A DNA stretch of 63,247 nt from Kiritimatiellia bacterium (GTDB taxonomy: Bacteria; Verrucomicrobiota; Kiritimatiellia; RFP12; UBA1067), in contig JAFXIL010000152.1 of NCBI GenBank assembly GCA_017563185.1, forward strand, positions 1 to 63,247, given 5' to 3'. The notes below the pieces were generated by a model, which saw only the letters and a program-made list of their open reading frames with translations, was not told the DNA's origin and ran no database searches. Positions 40,813 to 48,043 of this stretch are shown here, in pieces. The first letter of the stretch is position 1. The number at the start of each line of letters is the position of its first letter. Position numbers and translations under genes: made by a program.

Positions 40813-43226
40813 CAATCCAATTCCAACGCCAGTTTGAAGAACCTTCCCGAACCGGCGGCGGGCAGCGAGAACATGTTGAGCCAGGTGCCGTCGCCCTGAT
40901 CTTCAGACGAAACGAACGTCGGCACGGCGGAAGTCCATTCCGCGCCGAGGGTATCGGCCTTCTTCACCACAAGCCCCTTCGGAGTTCCGGTGAACTGGGC
41001 GGGCGAACGGAGGCCGAAGACATGCTCCGTCTTGCCGGGCGCGAACGACTCAAGCTTGAACTGCACGCTCGCTGGAACCGCTTGCGCAGGCCCAACTCCA
41101 TACAGGTAGTTGAGGGCGTTGGGCAGTCCGTTCGCCGCAGGCGCGTCTGGCGTGGCCTGCCAGGCAGTCGCCCAGTCCGTGTAGCTGCGCTCGCGCCACA
41201 GCTCATAGCCGGATGCAGGCGCGACGTCCGCCACGGCGTCGATCTCAGGCTCCGTGAAACCGGAGTCGCCGTCATCGTTCGGCTCCTCGGAATACGCGCA
41301 GGATATCTTCACATAGCGGAACCACTTGCGCCCCTGCGCGTTGACGGGCAGGCCGTCAACGTCCGCAAGATCGTACCCCGCTCCGCCGGCCGAGCCGTTG
41401 TAGCGCTGGCACAGCTCGGCGAGCGTGAGGCCTGCGCAGTCGGAGAAGTCGATACGCGGATCGACCGGAAAGGTCGCGTCGGTCTTCGCACCCCACCATC
41501 TGTTGCCGTCGTAGAGCGAGGCGTCGGCGTTGGAAGGATCGTAGCGGTGGCCTAGCGTGGGCGCAAAGCCATCGCCCGTGCGCCACTTCGAGCTCGTGTA
41601 CCAAGGACCGTCCTTGCTCTGTGCCACCTCGATGACAGACTCTTCAGAGATGCCCCCGCCCGTGAGCCGGCATTGCGCAGGGTCGTCGAGCGCAGTCATG
41701 CCGGCTGAGGACGTCTTCGTGCAGCCGGAGTTGCCGAACACGATGAAGTCCACCCCGAACGGATTGTCGGGATCGTCCACCACGTCATGGTCGAACGCGA
41801 TCGTCACATACCCCGGCTCCTTGTCGTCGGGCGAGACGAGCGAAAGGTGCAACCCCTTCGCGTATGCCGGCACCGCGGGATTTGCCACGCCGCCGTACAA
41901 ATCCGACGACACGCCGCCAATGTTCCCCGAATAGAGCGGCAAGAAGCGGGCCGGTTCGCCCAGTACGTTCTCAGGGGCCTTGAACCACGGGTGCGTGGCT
42001 CCGGTGGAGCACTCCACCACCTCGGCGCCGTAGGGCGACTCGGTGGGGGCTGCGTGCGCCGAAGGCTCGGCGGCAGCAATGGAGCCGTCCAGCGTGGAAA
42101 GATAGTCGCCTTCGTTGTACGCGAGAATCGTCCACGCTCCATCTGCAAGGCGCTGCTCGCCGATTCCCACCGACGCCCATGTGTAGGCAGTCGCGCCAGT
42201 GCGGAAGAAATTGTCCGGCTCGGTCACGAGATTGAAGTAGTGGTACACCCACGTGTTCCAGTCGTCGGGGTCCACGTAGTCCACCGAATACGGCGCAATC
42301 CACGCCGACGGATCCGACGCGGAATACGCCTTCCAGTTGTACGTCACGCCGCCTACGTCGGCCGCGTCGTATCCGAACGTGTCGAGATTGAATCCCCAGG
42401 ATTCGGACGTGATGTGCGGGACGAGTCTGCCGTCCGCCGCCGCGATCGCCTCGATCGCATCCTTCACCGTGGGCGCCTCATCGCCGTCCCAGCGGATTCC
42501 CCACGCGCGCGTCTTGCCGGCGCCCCACGAGATCGCGATTCCGGACCTCTTCTCGCCTGCTCCTGCCCAGAGCGTGATGTCGTCGAGGCGGAACGTGCGC
42601 GGTGCGGCAGCGGGCGTCTTCTCAGGCGCGAACTCGTCGACGATGTAGGACCAGCCGGTCATCTCCATGGCATACGAGGCAAAGCGCAGCGACAGCCACT
42701 GTCCGTTGACGGGGAACACCTCCGCGATGACGGCGTCGGTGCGCCTCCATTCAAGGTCTTCGAACGACTTGCCCGTAGCATACGCCGCCGCCCAGTCGTC
42801 GCCGGCCATGTACATGTTTGACTCGTCGATCTCGTCGTAGTCGTACCACGGCTGCGGGAAAAGATCGTCCTTGTCGCTCTTGGTGTACGTCTTTCCGGTA
42901 CGGAACGTGCCGCCGTCGTCGTCCACGTCGTATCCGAATCCGCTCACCCATCCTGAGTCGGATATGAATGAGGCGAGGCGGGGATCGTCGGCTGCGATCT
43001 CGTCGAGTATCGCCTTGAAGCTAGGCGCGTCGCCGTTCCAGCGGTAGCCCCAGGCGAAGGACGAGTTCATTACGCTGCCGTCGTTGAAGTCGATCACCAC
43101 GGCGCACTCGTTCGTGCCGCTCCCGACCCAGTACTTGATGTCCGTGAACGAAAAGCCCCATGACGAGGCCGACACCAGCGAAGCAACGGCAACGGCCGTT
43201 GTCGCAAACAACTTTCTGCTCTTCAT
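40812..43226 (-). CDS. secreted 804-aa protein of unknown function with duplicated N-terminal domain
   Basis: Start at ATG 43226 (MKSRKLFATTAVAVASLVSASSWG signal peptide). Two ~80-aa repeats (WVGSGTNECAVVIDF...FAWGYRWNGDAP...ILDEIAADDPRL and WAGAGEKRSGIAISW...RAWGIRWDGDEAP...AIEAIAAADGRL). Preceded by the B12 riboswitch-like leader. Confidence 0.8.
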   Translation of the reverse strand: MKSRKLFATTAVAVASLVSASSWGFSFTDIKYWVGSGTNECAVVIDFNDGSVMNSSFAWGYRWNGDAPSFKAILDEIAADDPRLASFISDSGWVSGFGYDVDDDGGTFRTGKTYTKSDKDDLFPQPWYDYDEIDESNMYMAGDDWAAAYATGKSFEDLEWRRTDAVIAEVFPVNGQWLSLRFASYAMEMTGWSYIVDEFAPEKTPAAAPRTFRLDDITLWAGAGEKRSGIAISWGAGKTRAWGIRWDGDEAPTVKDAIEAIAAADGRLVPHITSESWGFNLDTFGYDAADVGGVTYNWKAYSASDPSAWIAPYSVDYVDPDDWNTWVYHYFNLVTEPDNFFRTGATAYTWASVGIGEQRLADGAWTILAYNEGDYLSTLDGSIAAAEPSAHAAPTESPYGAEVVECSTGATHPWFKAPENVLGEPARFLPLYSGNIGGVSSDLYGGVANPAVPAYAKGLHLSLVSPDDKEPGYVTIAFDHDVVDDPDNPFGVDFIVFGNSGCTKTSSAGMTALDDPAQCRLTGGGISEESVIEVAQSKDGPWYTSSKWRTGDGFAPTLGHRYDPSNADASLYDGNRWWGAKTDATFPVDPRIDFSDCAGLTLAELCQRYNGSAGGAGYDLADVDGLPVNAQGRKWFRYVKISCAYSEEPNDDGDSGFTEPEIDAVADVAPASGYELWRERSYTDWATAWQATPDAPAANGLPNALNYLYGVGPAQAVPASVQFKLESFAPGKTEHVFGLRSPAQFTGTPKGLVVKKADTLGAEWTSAVPTFVSSEDQGDGTWLNMFSLPAAGSGRFFKLALELD

Positions 43227-43264
43227 TTTCGTGCTTTCCCTTTTATGCGAAGGTATGCTGCCGT

Positions 43265-43410
43265 GGACGCGCAATCGTCTCCTGGCTTCCGGCTTAAAGC
43301 CTCCTCCGCCGCCTTCGCGGGCCACCCGGTCCACTGGAAATGGCGGATTCGTATCCGGTCACAGTTGCGCAACAGCGCCCGAATCGCACGAGCTTCCGTT
43401 ATCCGCGTCC
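43265..43410 (-). promoter_or_regulatory. cobalamin (B12) riboswitch aptamer (candidate)
   Basis: Minus-strand RNA reads GGACGCG-GAUAACGGAAGCUCGUGCGAUUCGGGCGCUGUUGCGCAACUGUGACC...CCAGUGG...GCGAAGGC...GAAGCCAGGAGACGAUUG-CGCGUCC. It shows the conserved GGAA/GUGCGAUUC/GCUG..GCGCAACUGU core, a B12-box-like AGCCAGGAGAC, and a 7-bp closing P1 helix (GGACGCG/CGCGUCC). It begins about 8 nt after the predicted TSS. Confidence 0.75.
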
Positions 43411-43424
43411 CTGAAACGTCCAAT

Positions 43425-43454
43425 AGTATATCGCACTCCGCCCCGCGCCGTCAA
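43425..43454 (-). promoter_or_regulatory. sigma70-like promoter of the riboswitch operon
   Basis: TTGACG (43454-43449), 18-nt spacer, TATACT (43430-43425). Confidence 0.6.
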
Positions 43455-43485
43455 TCTCCGACACGCGAAATCCGGAACGCGGCAA

Positions 43486-43514
43486 TTGACGCGAAAAGGA
43501 AAATTCGGTACAAT
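43486..43514 (+). promoter_or_regulatory. sigma70-like promoter (small ORF / tilS)
   Basis: TTGACG (43486-43491), 17-nt spacer, TACAAT (43509-43514). An ATG follows 7 nt downstream. Confidence 0.6.
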
Positions 43515-43521
43515 TCTACCC

Positions 43522-43704
43522 ATGCCACGCTACTATCCATATCAATACCGCGCGCCGCGACGTCCGAGGCGCCTCACCTGGTACTCTGTGATAACGCAGA
43601 TATTCACACTCATCGGGCGCCTTGTGGGACGCGCCGCGTCAGGCCGGGGCGGCGCCGCCGCACCCGCGCCTCGCCGCGCGCCTTCCCGCCGCGCTTCCCG
43701 CTGA
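43522..43704 (+). CDS. possible leaderless small ORF (60 aa, Arg-rich with one hydrophobic helix)
   Basis: MPRYYPYQYRAPRRPRRLTWYSVITQIFTLIGRLVGRAAS... The ATG lies 7 nt after TACAAT and the TGA overlaps the tilS ATG (TGATG). Codon usage in the first half is atypical, so this region may instead be a non-coding leader. Confidence 0.3.
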   Translation: MPRYYPYQYRAPRRPRRLTWYSVITQIFTLIGRLVGRAASGRGGAAAPAPRRAPSRRASR

Positions 43705-44828
43705 TGCCTCGCATCCCTCCACATTCCGCGCAGCCCCGCAGGCGCATCGGCCTCGCCGTCTCCGGCGGGGCCGACTCCACCGCACTCCTCGTGCTGATGG
43801 CCGGCCTTCAGGCCAAGCACAACTTCGAGGCCGTTGTGCTGCACGTGGACCACGGAATCCGCGCCGACTCCGCCGAAGACGCCGCCCACGTTCGCCGCCT
43901 CGCAGAGACGTTCGGCCTGCCGTTCCACTCCACGCGCGTCAAGGTGAGACGCCGTAAAGGCGAATCGATCGAGATGGCCGCACGCCGCGTGCGGCTCGGC
44001 TTCTTCTCGAAGATGACACGCCGCCTGAAGCTCGACGCCATCGCCACCGGGCACCACGCCGACGACGTTGCCGAGACGTTCATCCTGCGCCTCGCCCGCG
44101 GCGCCGGCCCCGCCGGGCTCGCCGGGCTCAAGCGCATCTCGCATGTTGGCGACATCACCTTCATCCGCCCGCTTCTCGACCTGCGCGGCGACGACCTTCG
44201 CGCCTTCCTCCGCTCGCGCGGAATGACATGGCGCGAAGACTCCACCAACGCCGACACGTCCATCCTCCGCAACAAGGTGCGTCACGTGGTGATTCCTTGG
44301 CTCTGCAAGAACCTCGACCCGCGCATCACCGAACACCTCTGCAAATCGGCCGCCATCCTCCGCGGAGAGCTCTCGCTTGACGCCAAGGATGCACCCCCCG
44401 CCCGCCGCCCGTCCAAGGCCGATCAGCCCAAGACAAGATTCTCCCTTGAGATATCGCCCTCCACCGGATTCGAACGCCGCCCGCAGTCGATCGGCGTCTT
44501 TCCCGCAACATGCGAAATCGCCCGCAGCGCCATTTCCGGACGCTCCATCGAACTACGGTCATGGCTTCCCGGCGACCGCATAGCCCCCACCGGCATGGGC
44601 GGCCACGCGAGAAAGCTTCAGGATGTCTTCGTGACGGCCAAGGTCCCGCCAGCTCTGCGCGCCACGCTTCCCATTCTCGCCTATGCCAACTCGAACGAGG
44701 TCATCTGGGTGCCAGGCTACAGAATCGCCGCGTCTGCGGCGGTTGCCTCGCCCCAAGCTCCCAGCTGGCGCTTCACGCTGAACGAATCAGACGCGGCTAC
44801 CTCTTCTTCCCCATCCCGAAAAGCTTGA
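43704..44828 (+). CDS. tilS: tRNA(Ile)-lysidine synthetase
   Basis: 374 aa from ATG 43704 (MPRIPPHSAQPRRRIGLAVSGGADS, PP-loop SGGxDS). HHADD motif and TilS C-terminal domain. The track extension back to 43245 is rejected. Confidence 0.88.
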   Translation: MPRIPPHSAQPRRRIGLAVSGGADSTALLVLMAGLQAKHNFEAVVLHVDHGIRADSAEDAAHVRRLAETFGLPFHSTRVKVRRRKGESIEMAARRVRLGFFSKMTRRLKLDAIATGHHADDVAETFILRLARGAGPAGLAGLKRISHVGDITFIRPLLDLRGDDLRAFLRSRGMTWREDSTNADTSILRNKVRHVVIPWLCKNLDPRITEHLCKSAAILRGELSLDAKDAPPARRPSKADQPKTRFSLEISPSTGFERRPQSIGVFPATCEIARSAISGRSIELRSWLPGDRIAPTGMGGHARKLQDVFVTAKVPPALRATLPILAYANSNEVIWVPGYRIAASAAVASPQAPSWRFTLNESDAATSSSPSRKA

Positions 44829-45744
44829 GCGCTGCGCGGAAATCCGCCGGCAGCGGAGAATGCGCCTTGATCGTCTCTCCGGGGCGCATCGGATCTGGCA
44901 GGCTTATCGAAGCCGCGTGCAGCATCTGCCGCGGCACCGTCATCAGCCTCGGATCGCGCGCGCGCTTGAGTCCAAACGTGCGGTCGCCCACAATCGGGAA
45001 GCGCACGCTCGCAAGATGGCGGCGGATCTGGTTCGTGCGGCCCGTCTCTATGCGCACGCGCAGGAACGAGGCATCCTCCCCCACGGCCTCGCGCGTCACG
45101 TAGGAAGTGGCCGGCTGGTCGTCAATCGGCGCGTCGATCTTCTGGCAAGCGTACGGGAACGCGCCCGCCACGATTGCGCGGTACGTCTTCTCCACGCGCC
45201 GCGTCTTGAACACCTCGACCGCGGCCTTGTACGCGGCGAAGGAACGCGCGAAAAGAATGCAGCCCGTGGTGTCGCGGTCGAGGCGGTGCACGGCCTGCAG
45301 CGAGGGTTCGTTCAGCTGCACGCGCAGAATGGACTCCACCGACTTCGCGTCGGCATTCGCAAGAATGCCTGCCGGCTTGTCGGCCACAACGTAGTGCGGC
45401 GTCTCGGCAAGCACGCGCACGTGCGTGCGCTCCTCGGGCTCCACCACCGCCCGTGCGCTGCCGGCCTGGCGGCGAGCCGCGGAGACTACGGTGCGCGGCA
45501 GCTCCACCAGGTCGCCGGTGGCGAGCTGATGATGCGCTATCCAAACGCAGCGCCGGTTCACCCACACGCTTCGTCCGTCGATCACCGCCTTGGCGGCGCG
45601 GCGCGAAAGGCCTAGCCGCTCCGCAAGGAAATCCTGGAGCGACTTGCCGGAAGACGTGCGCTGCACGCTTAGCGCCTCGATGTTCGTGGAGAACTTCGGC
45701 GCGCGCGGGCCGTGACTGTATGAACTTGAACGCTGAGGCTTCAT
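44797..45744 (-). CDS. RluA family pseudouridine synthase with N-terminal S4 domain
   Basis: 315 aa. HRLDRDTTG catalytic-Asp motif and S4-like LQDFLAERLGLSRRAAK. The 3' end overlaps the tilS 3' end by 32 nt (convergent). Confidence 0.85.
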   Translation of the reverse strand: MKPQRSSSYSHGPRAPKFSTNIEALSVQRTSSGKSLQDFLAERLGLSRRAAKAVIDGRSVWVNRRCVWIAHHQLATGDLVELPRTVVSAARRQAGSARAVVEPEERTHVRVLAETPHYVVADKPAGILANADAKSVESILRVQLNEPSLQAVHRLDRDTTGCILFARSFAAYKAAVEVFKTRRVEKTYRAIVAGAFPYACQKIDAPIDDQPATSYVTREAVGEDASFLRVRIETGRTNQIRRHLASVRFPIVGDRTFGLKRARDPRLMTVPRQMLHAASISLPDPMRPGETIKAHSPLPADFRAALKLFGMGKKR

Positions 45745-45746
45745 GG

Positions 45747-46460
45747 CTACACCCTGACAACCGATCCGACAACGCCAACCGTCTTCTTGCCATGGACGTC
45801 TGGCGCAAGCTGCACTTCCACATCCTGCGAGTCGTCCTCCTCCTGCGCCGTCAGGCGCACCCCCACCGTCTCTCCCTTGAGGGCGCGTTCGAAGAGGCCG
45901 GCCATCGGCTCGTCGTCGAAGACCTCGCAGAACTCCGCCTTTAGAGCGTCGTCCTCGGAATCGAAGCCGAACATCTCAAGAAACGCCGCGTTGGCGGCCC
46001 TGAACTTGCCGTCGTCGCCGCAGGCGAAAAGCGCGGCCTGCGACACGGCGTAGGCGTTCTCCTTCGTGCGGAATGCCTCTATCTGCCGGCGGCGGCGTTC
46101 GGTGTTGCGGATGGTGAACACAAGGTCGCCGGGATCAAGCAGGTCGATGAGGCTCACCGTCACCTCGGCGCTGAACGCGGTGCCGTCCTTACGCAGACAG
46201 TTCGCGTCTAGCATCATGTGGCGCGCCTGGGCGAGGCCGGAGCGGATTCGCTGGACAATCTCCGGCGTCACGCCGGGAATGAAGCGTCCCACGGGGCTGT
46301 CCATGACCTCGTCCGTCTCATACAGAAGAAATTCCTTGGCGCGCGGATTGAGCTCGAGGAGGTGGCCATTGGGATCCGTGATCAGAACAGCGTCGTACAT
46401 TCCCGCCAGAAGCTGGCGGAAAAGCGAACGATGGTCTTTCATTGTGATGTTGCTGGGCAT
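45747..46460 (-). CDS. tandem PAS domain protein without output domain
   Basis: 237 aa from ATG 46460 (alternatives are TTG 46496 and ATG 46442). Two PAS-like segments (DAVLITDPNGHLLELNPRAKEFL...; FACGDDGKFRAANAAFLEMFGF...). Confidence 0.7.
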   Translation of the reverse strand: MPSNITMKDHRSLFRQLLAGMYDAVLITDPNGHLLELNPRAKEFLLYETDEVMDSPVGRFIPGVTPEIVQRIRSGLAQARHMMLDANCLRKDGTAFSAEVTVSLIDLLDPGDLVFTIRNTERRRRQIEAFRTKENAYAVSQAALFACGDDGKFRAANAAFLEMFGFDSEDDALKAEFCEVFDDEPMAGLFERALKGETVGVRLTAQEEDDSQDVEVQLAPDVHGKKTVGVVGSVVRV

Positions 46461-46502
46461 TGCGCATTCCCTGTTCTGTCTAGTCAAAGCAGACAACTAT
46501 TT

Positions 46503-46511
46503 ATTATCTCA
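46503..46511 (-). promoter_or_regulatory. extended -10 promoter (PAS gene)
   Basis: TGAGATAAT on the minus strand, ~43 nt upstream of ATG 46460. Confidence 0.4.
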
Positions 46512-46573
46512 AATCATCCCCGAAATGGCAAGCCCGTTTCAGCAGTCCAAATCACACTCCCCCCAGGCACTAG

Positions 46574-47242
46574 TCACTGGGCACTGCACACAGGATACAC
46601 CGCTGCCTGCCAGCCGCAGGCGCGGGCACCTTCGACGTTGCGCTCGAGGTCGTCGAGGAAGAAGAGCCTCTCGGACGGCAGGCCGAGGCGCGAGGCCATG
46701 AGGGAATATATCTCGGGCTGGGGCTTGTAGAGGTGCTCAAGGCCAGAGACGACCTCGGCGTCTGCGAGGGCGCGGTATGCCGCGGCGCGCGTGACGAACA
46801 GCTTCTCGTAGAAGTCGGGGGACATGTTGGTGAGAATGCCCACCTTGCGTCCCTCCGACTTTATACGGCGCATGAGCGCGAGAGTGTCGGTGCGCAGCGT
46901 GCGGATCCATCCCTCGAGGTCGAGGCGGGCGAGGGCGGCGAAGTCCTCTCGCGTGGGCGGCTCGGCGCCGGCGTCCGCGAACGTGCGTCTGTACATCTCC
47001 TCGAATCCTATGAAGCCGCCGTCGTAGAGATGGCGGTAGCTGCGCCAGCCGGCGTCGAAGGCCTTGCGGTCGACGCCGCGCGATGCGCAGTAGTCGTACA
47101 CGGGCCAGTCATCCGTGTCGGGCGCAACCGAGATCACGCCGCCGAAGTCGAACACCACGGCGTCCGCCCCGGCGGTGCGGCGCGCCCACTCGTCTGCGAA
47201 CGCCTCGTCCCGCTCCTCCAACGTCACCGCTCCGTCCTCCAT
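46574..47242 (-). CDS. HAD-IA family hydrolase
   Basis: 222 aa. Motif I VVFDFGGVI, motif II TNM, YKPQPEIY and FLDDL. Confidence 0.75.
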   Translation of the reverse strand: MEDGAVTLEERDEAFADEWARRTAGADAVVFDFGGVISVAPDTDDWPVYDYCASRGVDRKAFDAGWRSYRHLYDGGFIGFEEMYRRTFADAGAEPPTREDFAALARLDLEGWIRTLRTDTLALMRRIKSEGRKVGILTNMSPDFYEKLFVTRAAAYRALADAEVVSGLEHLYKPQPEIYSLMASRLGLPSERLFFLDDLERNVEGARACGWQAAVYPVCSAQ

Positions 47243-47904
47243 TCAGCGGGCAGCGCGGCGAGCACGGTCTCGACCACCTGGTCGAGAGTGAGCGCGGTGG
47301 AGTCTATCTCGAGCGCGCCGTCGGCCTTCTTGAGAGGCGCGTACTTGCGCGTGGAGTCTATGGCGTCGCGCGCTAGCAGGCTCTCCTTCACGGCCTCGGC
47401 GCTCTGGTTCGCGATGCCCTTCTCGACCTCCTCCTTCTGGCGGCGTGCGGCGCGCGCCTCGGCGGACGCCGTGAGATAGAAGCGGGCGGGAGAATCGGGA
47501 AACACCGCGGTGGTGATGTCGCGCCCCTCGACTACGAGGTCCCCGTAGCGCGTCATGCCCCTAAGGAGCGCGGTGATCCTCTCGCGCACCTCCTTCACCT
47601 TCGCCACGTGCGATGCGTGGGCGTTTATCTCGGGCGTGCGGATGCGCTCGCCCGGCGGCTCGCCGCCCACATAGTATGCAATTGCGCCGCCTTCCGCGCG
47701 GCACTCCACCTCGACCTCGTTCGCGCACGCGGCCACGGCCGATTCGTCCTGCGTGTCGACGCCCTTCTCGAGGCACTGCCACGTCATTATCCTGTACAGC
47801 GCGCCGGAATCGACGTGCAGAAACCCCAGCGCCGCGCCAACGCGCTTCGAAGTGGAGCTCTTTCCCGAACCGCTCGGACCGTCTATGGCAATCACTCTCG
47901 CCAT
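47224..47904 (-). CDS. cmk: cytidylate kinase
   Basis: 226 aa. IAIDGPSGSGKSST P-loop and LHVDSGALYR. Confidence 0.92.
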   Translation of the reverse strand: MARVIAIDGPSGSGKSSTSKRVGAALGFLHVDSGALYRIMTWQCLEKGVDTQDESAVAACANEVEVECRAEGGAIAYYVGGEPPGERIRTPEINAHASHVAKVKEVRERITALLRGMTRYGDLVVEGRDITTAVFPDSPARFYLTASAEARAARRQKEEVEKGIANQSAEAVKESLLARDAIDSTRKYAPLKKADGALEIDSTALTLDQVVETVLAALPAEWRTER

Positions 47905-48043
47905 CTTCCTCTAGCCTTTCGTCTTTTGCGCGGAATCACCGTCCGCATTCATTGTTGAGCCTGCCGATGCCGCCCGAAGGCGCATTCCAGAAGAACCTCG
48001 GCGCCTGATGCTTCGGATTGAGCAACCGCTTGGTGGACTCGTT

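Noticed and set aside
43223-43423. 66-aa minus-strand ORF in the divergent intergenic region.
   Set aside because: It coincides exactly with the riboswitch-like structured leader and starts at a TTG. There is no SD and no coding-like composition.
46459-46487. TTGACT-17-CGCAAT as a promoter for the PAS gene.
   Set aside because: The -10 hexamer lacks the critical A at position 2 and overlaps the ATG. The TGAGATAAT at 46511-46503 is a better candidate.
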